A DNA stretch of 64,000 nt. Origin: the human T2T-CHM13v2.0 reference genome, Homo sapiens. Shown here piece after piece: positions 30,711-44,803 of this stretch; position 1 is the stretch's first letter; every line of letters begins with the position of its first letter. Both the position numbers and the translations under genes were made by a program. The notes below the pieces were generated by a model that saw only the letters and a program-made list of their open reading frames with translations, made no database searches and was not told the DNA's origin. The stretch is taken from the NCBI RefSeq assembly GCF_009914755.1, contig NC_060938.1. One strand, written 5' to 3'.

Positions 30711-30755
<45 letters not shown>

Positions 30756-31116
30756 AATACTACTCAGCCATAAAAAGAAATGAATTAGTGGCATTCACAG
30801 CAACTTGGATGGGATTGGAGACTATTATCCTAAGTGAAGTAACTCAGGAATGAAAAATTGAACATCATATGTTCTCACTCATAAGTGGGAGCTAAGCTAT
30901 GAGGATGCAAAGGCAGAAGAATGACACAATGGACTTTCAGGACTCTGGGGAAAGGGCGGGAAAGGAGTGAGGGATAAAAGATTATAAATTGGGTTCAGCA
31001 TATACTGCTCAGGTGATGGGTGCACCAAAATTTCATAGTTCATCACTAAATAACTTACTCATGTAACCAAATACCACCTGTTCCCCCCAAATCTAGCAAA
31101 TAATTTTTTTTAAAAA
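30021..31116 (+). mobile_element. L1PB1-like 5'-truncated LINE-1
   Basis: ORF2 C-terminus plus 3'UTR (gagctaagctatgaggatgcaaaggc...gggtgcaccaaaat); perfect 14-bp TSD agacaggggattca at 30007-30020 and 31117-31130. Confidence 0.93.
30151..30750. repeat. Compound TA/CA/TG microsatellite containing a 26-bp minisatellite (about 10 units, 30198-30455)
   Basis: Unit tatatatatacatatatatgatggaa; gatggaa recurs every 24-26 bp from 30216 to 30446. Confidence 0.95.
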
Positions 31117-31391
31117 AGACAGGGGATTCATAAGTTATCAAATATTCTTGAGACCCAGTATCCCATAAATAGAATGCCCATGAAATCCTAAGAATTCAGT
31201 GAGGTAAATATTACTATCTACTCTTTTGCAACAGCAACAGCATGTGGGAGTTATGGTTAGATGGCACAAAGACAATTGGATGCATACTCTGGACTCTGAG
31301 TCCAGAGACCATGACCCTCCACTGGTGATCTTTCACAGGGCCATGCTTCCTTACGGTCAGCCTTCTCTTCCCATTCATCTTGCTCTGAGTA

Positions 31392-31551
31392 CCATGCTAC
31401 TCAAAGTATGAGTCAAGGAATAACAAAGTGATATGACTGGAAAATTACAGACAGAATCGAAGGCTCTTCCCCAGGCTTACTGAATCAAAATTCTTATTTT
31501 AAAAAGACTCCATGGTGATTCATTTGCACATTAAAATTTGGGAAACACTAC
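31392..31551. mobile_element. MER5A-like MITE
   Basis: tgctactcaaagtatg...cttactgaatcaaaatt...ggtgattcatttgcacattaaaatttgggaaacact. Confidence 0.7.
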
Positions 31552-31749
31552 CTTAGAATACAGCCTAACCATAAGAAAAGTGTTTACACTATTATATATT
31601 CTCTGGTTTCCCATTCCAGAGTGGAATTATTAAAATATTGACAAGTAAAGCAATATGATTATTTGGAGGCAAAAAGAGTAGAATTAAATATCTCACAGTC
31701 CAAATGGCATTGCTATCATTTCTTTGACACTCACCTAATTACCCAGAGA

Positions 31750-31950
31750 GCTCTTCTTCTTCTGACACCTTCTCCTATCTTGATCTTCCTCTTCCTCCCA
31801 CTGTATCTCCCTCCCTCATTTCTTTTCCACCTGCTTTTCCTTGGCCTCCTTTTGTTTTCTCCTTTTATTTTCATTCTACTTTGACACTTATCTATTCCTA
31901 CATTTATTCTCCTCTCTATGTCTTCCTCTCACCCAATTTCATCCCTATAA
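31750..31950 (+). repeat. CT-rich low-complexity tract
   Basis: Directly visible. Confidence 0.7.
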
Positions 31951-31987
31951 TTCTCTTACCTAATAATAAATGTAAATCACATTTACA

Positions 31988-32401
31988 TATTAGTGTTTGT
32001 CCATTTGCATCGCTATAAAGGAATACCTGAGCTTGAGTAATTTATAAAGAAAATAGGTTAATTTTGGCTCATGGTTCTGCAGGCTGTATAGGAAGTCTGA
32101 TGCCAGTATCTGTTTCTGGTAAGGGCCTCAGGAAGTTTACAATCATGGCAGAAGGCAAAGGAGGAGCAGGCATGTCACATGGTGAGAGAGGGAGCAAGAG
32201 AGAGAAGGAGAAGGTGCCAGGCTCTCTTAAACAGCCAGATCTCCTAGAGTGAGATCTCGCTCATTACCATGAGGATAGCACCAAGCAATTCACAAGGGAT
32301 TCCCCACCATGACCCAGACACCTCCCACTAGGCCCACCTCTAACATAGAGGTCACATTTCGACAGGAGACTTGGAGGGGACAAAACATCCAAACCATATC
32401 A
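31988..32401 (-). mobile_element. MSTB-like MaLR solo LTR
   Basis: gctataaaggaatacctgag...ttggctcatggttctgcaggctgta...catccaaaccatatca. Confidence 0.88.
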
Positions 32402-32651
32402 ATATTCTATTCTCCTTGACTAACACAAGGCCTTGTTAGTCCTTGGATCTTTAGAGGAAAAAGAGATTCTCTGTCTCTGAATGTACACATTCATAAAGAA
32501 ATTCAACAGATAAAAGAATAATACTGATCTCAAGTGTTTAAAATGCATACATACATGTACTTATAAGCTTCATCACATAAATCTTAAAGATAATCAGAGA
32601 TTGGTCCAACAAAACATATACTGAATTAGATATAAACACCTTGAAACCACC

Positions 32652-33216
32652 TGTATAAGATTTTTAAATGGCCACAAACTTTTTGACACTCCCTTAGGGA
32701 GAGGTGAGGTTTGTATCACTTTCCGTGAAATCTGGACAGGCTTATAATTGCTTCAGCCAATAGAATGCAGTGGAAATAGTGGTATGTAAAATTTCCTAGC
32801 TAGTCCTTAAGTGACAATAGAACTTTCTCTTGGATTTTTTGGAGTGCTCCCTCTTGGGAAGCTTTCTCTTAGGGGGCCTCTCACAGAAACCAGATGCCAT
32901 GTTGTGAGAAGCCCAGGCCACGCATTATGAACATATGTAGGTAGTCCAGGCCATGGCCCAGGCAAACCCAAATCCATAATCATCCCTGGCCACAAGCCAA
33001 ACATGTGAGTGAAGAAAACTTTGGATGAGTCCAGCCCCATCCCATTCATGTCTTTCTAGCTGAGACCCAAGGCATCATGGAATAGAGATTAAAAAGCACC
33101 CTGTGGCTTGTCTTAATTCCTGATCTCCAAAAATCCATGAGCAAAATTTAAAAATAAGTTGTTTAATGTCACTAAGTTTTAGGGTGATTTGTTACATAGC
33201 AGTAGATACTGGAATA
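32652..33216 (+). mobile_element. MLT1G/H-family MaLR LTR
   Basis: aaatggccacaaac...gccatgttgtgagaagccca...catgtgagtgaaga...cactaagttttagggtgatttgttacatagc. Confidence 0.75.
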
Positions 33217-34548
33217 AGGTCCACAATTAAAAGAAATAAAATCCATTATTAGATCTTTTAGGTATTTCAGTACCAGATTTTCCTCAAGTAGGATATAAAA
33301 TTAACTGTCTCTTATTTAGGGAAGAGTGTCACAGCGTGCTTTTCGTTTTTACTCTTTTTAATCTTTTTGATGATGTGCTTTTTAAACCATAAGTATTTTA
33401 AATGAAATTTCTAATGCAGAGGGGAAGAAAAGGTTTCTTTGTATGTTCATTTGTTTCTAGCTACTCTTGATGTAATAAGAGACCTTCTTTTAAATAATTA
33501 CCCTTAGGCAGGAAGACCATCATAACATAGTATTTCTCCACTAACACAAAAACCTCACATTAGAAAAAAATAGAATCTTGTTCAACTTCCCCACTTAAAT
33601 CCTAACATTATACACACTTTGAACCAGATGTTGTCCCTAGTCACAATGTCCTACTTTTTTTTCATTTCACTAAGTTCATATTTACTGCTAAAATATTTCT
33701 TTCAAAATTTCATTTGCATATCAGGGAAAATAAACAAAACACAAAAATGAAAGCCAACTGATTCACTTATTTCCTCTACGCTGACAGATTTCATAGAAAG
33801 TGCTTTTGTAATAAAAAAATATTAATGAAGTAGCAATGTTTTGTGCAGACATTTGCTCCTCTGTCTACTTCATTTATAAATACATTTTAATGAGGTAATA
33901 GAGACTACACAGCTCTGCAAATGTTCCTTTTTCTAACATTTGTTCTGAATTCAAAGATTAGAAACAGCTAATCTGCTGCATTTTGGGGGCTGATTTGTGA
34001 ATATAGCATTTAAAGCACATTGTTCGAGCATCTGGAAAGCTAACATCTCATAAATAGCCCATCCTCCCAAACATATGATTAGACAATAAGGGTAATCTGA
34101 AATTTGTTTAAAATCAGTAGCCATAAAGTAGATACAGTGTACTACAAATTGTCCCTCCCTCCTTCCCCACCCTCTATCCCAGAGTGTGTATTGAAATATG
34201 GCTTAATGGGCCTTCGTTTGCCAAGAAGACATTCAGAGTGGAGTTTGTCTTTGTACAATTAAATTATGCACATTGTCAAATCTTCTCATTTATTTAAGGA
34301 ATCCATATTTTACTGAATTAATCTAAGAATTAAGTCAGGTCTACCCAGGATGTACTCTGTATTTCCTCAAATGCATATATTTATCTCTCTGTGTGTGTGT
34401 GTATTTAACCATAACAATCAGCAGACTTAAGAAAGGGTATGGTTCAAGTAGACAAAGTCTATCTTTTAATCAATACATTAAAAAAATCAAATTTAGCACA
34501 ACTGGGAGTCATAAATATACTAAGCTTAACATAATATCCCATAGAAAC

Positions 34549-34857
34549 TTTTTTTTTTTTTGGTCTCATGTGTTGGTTTTTGAGACAGGAGGGTCTTCCT
34601 CTGTTGCCCAGGCTGGAATGTAGTGGCATGATCACGGCTCACTGCAGCCTTGACCTCCTGGGCTCAAGAGATCCTCTCACCATAGTCTTCCCAGTAGCTG
34701 GGACTACATGCAAGTGCCACCACGCCCAACTAATTTTTTGTAGAAACGGGGTTTCGCCATATTGCCCAGGCTGCTCTCAAACTGCTGGGCTAGAGGGATC
34801 TGCCTGCCTTGGCCTCCCAAAGTGTTGGGTTTATAGGCATGACCCACTGCACCCAGC
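34549..34857 (-). mobile_element. AluJ
   Basis: gatcacggctcactgcagccttgacctcctgggctcaag; TSD agaaactt. Confidence 0.92.
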
Positions 34858-34964
34858 AGAAACTTATTTTCTAAAATAAGTCTATAAAGAAGAAAGTATT
34901 ATTTCTGATTAATGTATCTCATAATTAATTCGGTTCATGAATTTATACTTTAAAGTCATTACAT

Positions 34965-35300
34965 CAGTAGCTAACATTTATTGAGTGATATGATACTTGC
35001 CAGGCACAGAGTTAAGTGCTCTACGTGGTTGATTTCATAAATGCCTCAATACAACCCTATTAGGTAATACTATTTGTCCCCATTTTACAGATGAGAAAAC
35101 GGAGGCAAAGCTTATTTACAAAATAGGCCTAAAGCTACACAGCTACAAAAGCTTATAAGATTTTCAAGTTTGGAAGAAACATTTAAGATGAGATAATGAA
35201 ACTGTCGCTTGTAAATGAGAAAACTGAGGCCAGAACAGTTTAAGGTCACAGTTAAGTTAGCAGCTGAATGAGATCTAAAGCCAGTTCTCTCACTCACAGT
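34965..35300 (-). mobile_element. Two MIR fragments
   Basis: gctaacatttattgagt...ccccattttacagatgagaaaacggaggc, then a second core atgagaaaactgaggcc...aaggtcacag. Confidence 0.7.
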
Positions 35301-35307
35301 CCAGTAG

Positions 35308-35667
<360 letters not shown>

Positions 35668-35699
35668 TGATTATTTAATAATCACTTATGGATGTCCAT

Positions 35700-36430
35700 A
35701 ATCAACATATATAGAATTATTTTTATTCATGTACATGTTAGATATCATAAGTATGTTGCTGTATTAGTCCAAAATTATGGTTGGGGGACCTGTCCATGTT
35801 AATACATGTATGTACATCCAGGTCATTATTTTTAATTTCTAGTTATATCTATCCTACTAACATACCATATTATTATTTATTTAAGTTGTTTTTGCTTTCC
35901 TCACAAACAAACAATGCTACAGTGGATATATTAGCACACATCTCCTTAGGCTTATCTGCAGAAGTTTCTGATTCAATGTAACTATGTATTTCCAACTTTG
36001 CTGGATACGGCCATATACTTTTCCAAAGCGATTGTACCAACTCACACTTTCACCCAATATAGAGATAGTTCCCACCCCACCACCACCACCAAAACTTCTC
36101 TAATTCATGACATCATCAAAACTCTTAAACTTCTGTTGGTGGGTATATGAAATGTTGCTCTCATCCTTATTTTACGCATTTCCCTGAGTACCACAAGCAT
36201 GTTAATTTAATTGTTTAGATTTCCTTTTCTTTAAATTAGTTTATCATGCATGCATTTCTCCATTGACATGTTTGCATTTCTCTTATTGATTTATAAGACT
36301 TTTCTGTTTGTCTGTTATGTATGTTGTTTTCCTTCAGACAAAAATTGGCCTTTAGTTTTTTTAATAGTATCCTTTATTATACAGAGACTTTACTGGTGGT
36401 ATAAAATTTATCTACCTTTTCTTATTTAGC
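35700..36430 (-). mobile_element. Old L1M (L1ME-like) ORF2/3' fragment
   Basis: acaaacaatgctacagtgga...ttttccaaagcgattgtaccaa...gcatttccctga. Confidence 0.6.
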
Positions 36431-38559
36431 TCAATAAAATCAAATTTATGTAACCATACGTTTTTCATCCAAAATGCTTATAAATGGACACCCTTATTTG
36501 TAACCTCCTCAGAGAAAACTGAGGAGAACACGAATTAGACTAGTTCCTTTTTTGCATTGAGCAAAATGCTCCAGAATGACTATTTCAATTTGAATACTAT
36601 TCATTTGCTTTAAGTGGAACTATCCTTTCATTTTCTATCCTTTTATTTAAAGTAAAAATATTGAAATATTTACAATTTTTATTAAAATAACATTATCCAT
36701 CTTAACAAGGCTCCCAGTGACGTACTAGTATAAATTTTATTAATGGCCCCATTTGTGGAATTTTATTTTATTCCTTTTGTACCTAGGTATCACACTTTGT
36801 ATATGCAGCCTTCTTTCTCTCAAGTCAGTTTTTTTTATTACCGAGGTAACCTCCATAGTAACACTTCCTATCTTTAAGCTCCCTGCGAAGTTGGAAATAC
36901 AAGCTATATACACACTTGAAGAATAGTATGTAAGAAAAGCAATTATAAGAACAAGATTAATTTTTGCTACAACTTATTAACTATAAAATATTTCTTTAAA
37001 AATATATCTCAAAAGGTTAGGGTAAAAAACAATCTAACTTTTGAAAGGTGGCTCCTAAAGAATGTTTATCCTGTCCCAGGTTATTCTTTGGGAAATCATG
37101 TGAATGAATAAATAGTATGTTAAGTAGCTCTACACATCTAACAACCTACCATTAGTTGTGTAACCACAGGTAAATCAATTTTATTTTCTTTCAATATAAG
37201 ATAATATAATTAGTCAAAATGATTGTCGAAATTCTATTCTTTTATAATAAACCTGTTAAAGTACACACATACAGTCTATTCTTAAAAGACAAAGGGGCAC
37301 TTACAGCAGCTATGAAACTAAAATTTCATTTTAACATTCAGCTACCCAAAATGGGATGGGCAACTTCCCTCCTTTAATATATTATATCTGCTGAAATAAA
37401 AACCATTACTAACAAATCAAAGGCAGTGTGCCTCAGAGGAAATGGATTCTAATGATGTCAGACAGGTATTTATTGTTTCTTCTAGAACAGGCAGAATTGA
37501 ACAGCCTTTCCTTTCCCATCAAGTAGGAAACATTTCAGTATAAGAATATTTATAATATAGTATTCTACTTTACAATTGACTCCATATCCATTTTCTGAGT
37601 GATCTCAAAATAACTTTACTTTGGTTGACTTATCTTCCTATACAATGAAATTGCTATTTGTTGAATTCAACCAATTTCAATTTCATATATAAAAAAGCAA
37701 TCCCTTTTACTCCTCTATTTTCTATCCATCAGACCCATTACAGACTAGACAGCAGCGAGCCTGAAAAAAAAAGGAAGAAAAAAAGAAAAGCTCTCAAGAG
37801 AGTAGCTATTCAAACCTCTCAAGGCAAAATACAGAGAAAAGGAACACAGCTCACTTCCTAAAGAACATGTCCTTCTCAATCTTCCCCTGATGGAGATCCC
37901 CTCCACAGATTTCCTACAAGAGACTTATTCCTCCTTTAAAAAGTAATTATATGAATTTTAACATTAAATACTATGTGTTCATGAAACTTTAATTTGTTTT
38001 AAATTACACAAATTTTTTAAGTAGGGTTTCTCAGTAAAAACACTATTGAGTTTTATCAAACTGTCTCTGCTCTAGACAGAAGCTGTTAGCCATTCATTGT
38101 TTTAGTAGAAGAATAAGTTCATCCAGGTTGTGATCTGGGCAAAAATATAGCTGTACCATTGATCTACTTTGTTTGTATTTTTGACATACTGTTGTGGAAC
38201 TTCCATTTTTTCTCATTTGTTTGAAACAGAGGCCTGATTTTTAACTGACTTTTTCCCTCTAACGTGATTCTCTTTAGTTTGTTTTATATAGTGCAAATAC
38301 TACATATTTCAATCAAATATCTTTTTTTCATTAACCCAAGTCCTCATATATAACTAAATTCTGGGTTTAGCTAGCCCTAAATTTTAGAAACAAAGTGAAT
38401 TAACAAAAGCATACTCTTAATAATTTAATGGTTGGATGTTCAATTTATAGATAATTTACTATAATAAACATAATAATAATTTTTCTCCCCATTTTTTTTC
38501 TATTTTACTAAATATTAGTGTTATTGATCTTGTAAGAGATATACTAAAATGCCAATCAC

Positions 38560-38820
38560 AATAATAAACTACTAAACTTATGGGGCAATTCTTACCTGTT
38601 AGGCACTACGGTAAGTATTTTAAAACAATTATCTCATTTTGTGCTTACACATCCCATAAAGTAAAAATACTATTATTCCCATCTTAGAAAGGAAGAAACT
38701 GACTCATCCATGTTAAGTAATTAGCCAAAAGTCATACGGATAAAGGTGGTGGAGCTAATATTCTCATTTACTCAGAGAACTCCATAGTCAATGTTTTTAA
38801 ATGCCATGATTACCTCCTAT
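38560..38820 (-). mobile_element. MIR
   Basis: attattcccatcttagaaaggaagaaactga...gttaagtaattagccaaaagtcat. Confidence 0.6.
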
Positions 38821-39420
38821 TACACAGCTAAAGAGACCTGAGTTGCATAGTGCTGAGACCTGGGTTTTTTTTTCTCTGCGGAACTAACTTGTCCTTCCAT
38901 ATTTGTGAGTTTACAATCTGATGAATTAAAATTAACATACAAAGAAATACAAACAAATTCAGGAATCCCAACCAACAAGTAAATTTAATTAAAAATGTGT
39001 CATGTACTCATGCTGTGAATGCTGTTCATATACTGAAAAAAAACAAATTCATTTTATGGAAATAGTGGGGCATTTAAAGAAAACAAGATCAAAACCCTTC
39101 ATTGATTTTGCTTACCATCTTGGTTGTGCCGATGGACACAAATAATAATTTGCATCTCACATCTCTTTCCTTCTTTTATTGGCTTGAACAATTGAAAGCC
39201 AAGTAACAGGTTCAACTTTTGCTTTCTCATGGGGTAAAAACTTGTAAGTACATAGTACACTTTACCTTCACAACCATAATACTGTAGATCTAGAGAAATT
39301 AGTTATTATTTTAAACCAACTTTGACTAAAAATTTGCTCCTTCTCATCGAAAGATTCCTTTCCCCAGTTTCCACTGACCAGCCTCGTTGAAATCTGGTCA
39401 CCTCCAGGCTTTGCTTTTGA

Positions 39421-39742
<322 letters not shown>

Positions 39743-39869
39743 TGAACAAAATACTTTTAAATCTAGGTTTAACCAGTAATATATTCTTCCTCTAGTCCAG
39801 GACCCCTTTTCATAGTTCAAGTCATCATAAAACCCAATATAATGTATTAAAAGTAAAAATGTATAAGAA

Positions 39870-40290
39870 ATATTATTTAAAAGGTATGAGCTAAGTATCA
39901 TGGGAGATCAGAAGAAAGAGATGTCTCCCCAGATGAGACAATCAAGACAAGCATCACAGAGGAGGTGACATGAGAGCATGACTAAATCAAAACAGACTAC
40001 AGAGAAGGCATTTCAAACAAAAAGAGGTCTGCTTGGGAATATCAAATACAGCTACCCAACTGCAAAACAAACACGTTTGGAAAGCAAGCTGGAGCTGATT
40101 TGAGGGGCTGAGCTCAGACTGAGGTTCTGGTATTCTATCTGGCGAACTGTGAAGAGTTATTAAAGATTTTTGAACCATTAAGTCTGAAGTCACAGCAGTG
40201 AACTAGAAAAATTAATATGATAACTGGAAGTAGGATGGAGCCTGAAAAGTTTATTACAAGGTTAAGGGCTGAAAGAGTGGTCAGTGGTTT
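39870..40290 (-). mobile_element. L2 fragment
   Basis: catcacagaggaggtgacatgagag...gagttattaaagatttttga; degraded. Confidence 0.5.
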
Positions 40291-40937
40291 GCAGGAGCTT
40301 GAGGAACTATTTAGTCACGTTGTAGGTGGGGTGCTCCTGAAGAATGATGGCAGGTGACAGGTAAAGAGAGCTGTAAGCCAGATACTGGCAAGCTTGGGTG
40401 CTAGAACAATGTTTTCAGAGTCCACCAGACCATGCTAATGAAATGAGTAGTTCGTGTGAGTAGGCAGTGGGAACTACAACTGCTGAGAAACTGCAGAACC
40501 ACAGTCTCAGGAGCAAAAGTTTGCCAACACCTCCTCCTCATGCTCAGTCAAAGGCAATGAGAAAAGCAGCCTCCCCTAGAGAGGGTTCTGAGAGGAAGAC
40601 CAGTCACATGAGAAGGTCCAAATTTCAGGAAAGGGGAGCACATGGGCATCATGAAGGCCCTGTTGGGTTAGCAATGAAACCTGAATGCCTTAGGGCCAAT
40701 GAAAATGCTAAGAGTGGGAAGGCCACAGGTGAGTGAGCTAGACAAGGTTACGATTAAGTGTAGCCGGAAAGAAGTTAAAGAAAGAAATGGCAGGCCACAT
40801 GATTCCATGAAGTACTCATAAAATTCATAATAAAATCACAATCACAGGATGGTTACCTTACATTCTGGCTTAGTTTCTGATGAGTATAGTTAAAATAATT
40901 CCATATACTTCCTTACCCAGTAAGACATCTTTATATC

Positions 40938-42096
40938 TATGGCTGGATTAAGACCTTAAATGGCCCTAAAAACTGTAAAAGGGGTCATGCACCTCCACAC
41001 CATAAATAATTCCGAGAAGTATACCAACTGTAAAAGAAGTGAAAGGCAACTAAGTACCCTTCTTTCTCATAAGGTGTTTTTTTTAAAGAATTCAAAATGA
41101 AACTATTTCCAAAACTAATAGAAAAACAAAAATGAACAAACAAACTCTACTAGTTTTAGGTCTTCATGCTTTGCTACAGCATGAAGTACATGACTGATGT
41201 GCCTTAAAAAATTTAACTTGGTTCATAATACATAAACCATTGCACTTTCAATCAACTATTTTCTAATAAATACTAGCCATTAGCACTATGATTGTTTATT
41301 CAGCTTTCTTATGTGAATTTAAAGAAGCTTACTATTTAACACTATAAAAGTAAAGAGGTAATCACATCCATTTGTAAAAACTCTTGAGTAACTAAAAACC
41401 TACTTTCAAGAAAGACAAATTAGGATGAAATGGAGTAGCATTAAAGATTTATATTAAATGAGTATTTATAATCTATGGCTTTGTCAAGTATAAATTCAAT
41501 ACAAGGTCTGATTTTATACCTAAAGCTTACATAAGTAAAATCAAACACAAAGTACTACCATTAATTATAGCAATATATACAGCAATAGTAATTCATGTGA
41601 GTAATCATAACTAAAACATTGATCCTCAACCATCAGTAAGAGTCATTAAGGTTTGCTAACTGTACTTACTGTGACATGCACAAACATATATATAAAATAC
41701 TGTATACCTATATTTTAGGAAGATTTGAATGAATTTCAAGCATTGCTGTAAAAAGCTTTTTAATTAATTTGGGGTATGGTAAATTTACTCCATCAGTACC
41801 AATTTTGTAAACATTCTTGATTAGTCAATATGGTACTACATTAGAAAATACTGTTCCTTCATTGCTGTGGGCTTGGGAAACTATCTGGATTTCTCAGCAC
41901 AGCACGAAACTGTACAGCACAAAACTCCCCCTGTTTGCATTCACATACTAATTTTCACAGGAGAAGACCTCAGCATGCTTTGTGAAGCGAAATGGATTCT
42001 GAAGTTTTCCTGATTTTTATAATACCTTTAGATAGGTTTTAGGGGGATGAAATTTTTGGACCCCTAAATATGGGAAAATGCCTGAGTTCTGCCCTC
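40938..42096 (+). mobile_element. Possible MER115/Zaphod-like hAT-Tip100 remnant
   Basis: Left end ggctggattaagaccttaaatggccctaaaaactg resembles the recalled MER115 terminus; right end ...gttctgccct; interior not verified. Confidence 0.35.
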
Positions 42097-42583
42097 ATAC
42101 TTAAAGTTTAAATACATGAGCATAGGGTTAGAAATCACTTATCTTTTTTAATTAAAAAAATACAAAATAGAAAACTGCAGAGTATAATCAAGCAAACATC
42201 AACAGACCACCAACTCAATTTGTCCATTCTTAATATCAAGCCATAAGTGCTTCACATCTGTTGTTTATTAAGGAATTAAAAATTACAGATAGAATTGAGG
42301 CCCCCTGTATAATCCTTCCAAGAAATTAGTTAGAAATATAGAGTTTTGTAAAAATAGTTTTTAGACATATAAGAGGTTTCCTTAGCTTGCTTTTGGTTAT
42401 TGGCTTTTAATTGCACAGTGATCAAAAAAAAGTTCTCTGTATGATACCCATATTTGCTGCTTATTGAGTTGTCTTCATGCCACATTACTCAATCCACATT
42501 ATTCACTGTAAAATTGAAAACATGGTTTATTATCTAATTATTGGGTACAGGGATCTATATATAAGAGGATATATATATAAATG

Positions 42584-43348
42584 CAAGATATAATTCATGG
42601 AAAATGCATATTATTAAGAAACTATGCATAAATTTCAAAATTTTTGCACCAAACTAAACTCATACTAACTTGCTATAACATGTTTGAACAGGATCTAGTT
42701 TGAGGCACTAAGAGGACTAAGTAATGGGTTTGAAAAGAGTCCCTATCAGAGCAACATGAATTCTGTAAAACTGAAGCAAAAACAAACATCAAATTTATGG
42801 TAAAAACTGGGTGGAAGAATGATGCAATCACTGATGCTTTATGGAAAAACTTAGGGAAACAATGCCCAAAAGAATCAGTAGTTTACAAATGAATAATCCT
42901 TTTAAGAAGGGATGAGACAATGTTGAAGATAAAGCCCACAATGTCAAACCATTCACATCAATAAACGAAAAAAAAAATTCCTCGTTTATGCCCTAATTGA
43001 AGAAGACTGATGATTAACAGCAGACATAACACCACAGACATTTCAAGTGGTTCAACTTGCACAATTCTTACTGAAAAATTAAAGTTGACTAAATTTTCCA
43101 GTTGATGGATGCCAAAACTTTTGCACCCAGATCAGCTACAGCCAATGGCAGAGCTTTTGATGGAAATTTTAAACAACTGTGATCATGATCCTGAAGCATT
43201 TCTTCAAAGAATTGTAATAGGAGATGAATCATGGTACCACCAGTACTATCCTGAAAACAAAGCACAATCAAAGCAATGGCTACCAAGAAGTGGAAGTGGA
43301 TCTGTCAAAGCAAAAGCAGACCTGCCAAAGGCAAAGTTCATGGCAATA
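42584..43348 (+). mobile_element. HSMAR2 mariner, 5' part only (dead transposase)
   Basis: ttcatggaaaatgcatatt 5' end; ATG at 42756; WMPKLLHPDQLQ...DPEAFLQRIVIGDESW...QSKQWLPRSGSG matches mariner WVP and GDE motifs; abruptly truncated. Confidence 0.92.
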
Positions 43349-44803
43349 CTCTCCGGGGTGCACGGTGCAAGCTGTCAATGGATCTACCATTTGGGGGTCT
43401 GGAGGACGGTGGCCCTCTTCTCACAGCTCCACCAGGCAGTGCCCCAGTAGGGCTCTGTGTCTCCATGCCACATTTCCCCTCCATACAGCACTAGCAGAGG
43501 TTCTCCATGAGGGCCCTGCCCTGAAGCAAACTTCTGCTTGGACATCCCAGCATTTCCATATATCCTCTGAAATCTAGGCAGAGGTTTCCAAACCTCTGCC
43601 TAGACTTCTGTGCACTCCCAGGCTGAACACCATGTGGAAGCTGCCAAGGCTTGAGGCTTGCACCCTGTGAAGCCATGACCTGAGCTCTATGTTGGCCCCT
43701 TTCAGACACAGCTGGAGCAGCTGGGATGCAGGGCACCAAGTCCCTAGGCTGCACACAGCATGGGCTCCCTTGGACCAGCCCACAAAACCATTTTTTCCTC
43801 CTGGGCCTCCGGGCCTGTGATGGGAGGGCTGCCATGAAGACCTCTGACATGCCCTAGAGACATTTTCCCATTGTCCTGGGGATTAACATTCAGCTCATTA
43901 CTTATGTAAATTTCTGCAGCCACCTTGAATTTCTCCTCAGAAAATGGGATTTTCTTTTCTATCACATTGTCAGGCGGCAAATTTTCAAACTTCTATACTC
44001 TGCTTCCCTCGTAAAACTGAATGCCTTTAACAGCATCAAAGTCACCTCTTCAATGCTTCGATGCTTGGAAATTTCTTCTGCCAGATACCCTAAATCATCT
44101 CTCTCAAGTTCAAAGTTCCACAAATCTCCAGGGCAGGGCAAAATGCTATCAGTCTCTTTCCTAAAACATAGGAAGAGTCACCTTTGCTCCAGTTCCCAAC
44201 AGCTTCCTCATCTCCATCTGAGACTACCTCAGCCTGGATTTCATTGTCCATATCATTATCAGTATTTTTGTCAAAGCCATTCAACAAGTCTCCAGGGAGT
44301 TCCAAACTTTCCCACATTTCTCTGTCTTCTTCTGAGCCCTCCAAACTGTTTCAACCTCTGCCTGTTACTCAGTTCCAAAGTTGCTTCCACATTTATGGGT
44401 ATCTTTTCATTAGCACCCCACTCCTGGTACCAATTTACTGTATTAGTCTGTTTTCATGCTCCTGATAAAGACATACCTGAGACGAGGGAATTTACAAAAG
44501 AAAGATGTTTAATGGACTTACAGTTCCACATGGCTGGGGAAGTCTCACAATCATGGCAGAAGGCAAGGAGGAGCAAGTCACGTCTTACATGGATGGCAGC
44601 AGGCAAAGAAAGAGAGCTTGTGCAGAGAAACTCCCCGTTATAAAACCATTTATAAAATCAGATCTCTTGAGACCCACTCACTATGACGAGAACAGCACGG
44701 GAAAGACCTGACCCCATGATTCAATCACTTCCTACCAGGTCCCTCCCACAACACGTGGGAATTCAAGATGACATTTGGGTGGGGACACAGCCAAACCGTA
44801 TCA
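43349..44803 (-). mobile_element. THE1B 5' LTR (44439-44803) plus 5' part of THE1-int (43349-44438)
   Basis: Reverse complement of the LTR joined to gtaaattggtaccaggagtgggg; colinear with the intact copy at 57564-59080. Confidence 0.93.

Noticed and set aside
29995-30853. Long Y/I/H/C-rich ORFs (up to 239 aa) on both strands
   Set aside because: Translations of the TA/CA tandem repeat plus L1 ORF2 tail; the repeat simply lacks stop codons.
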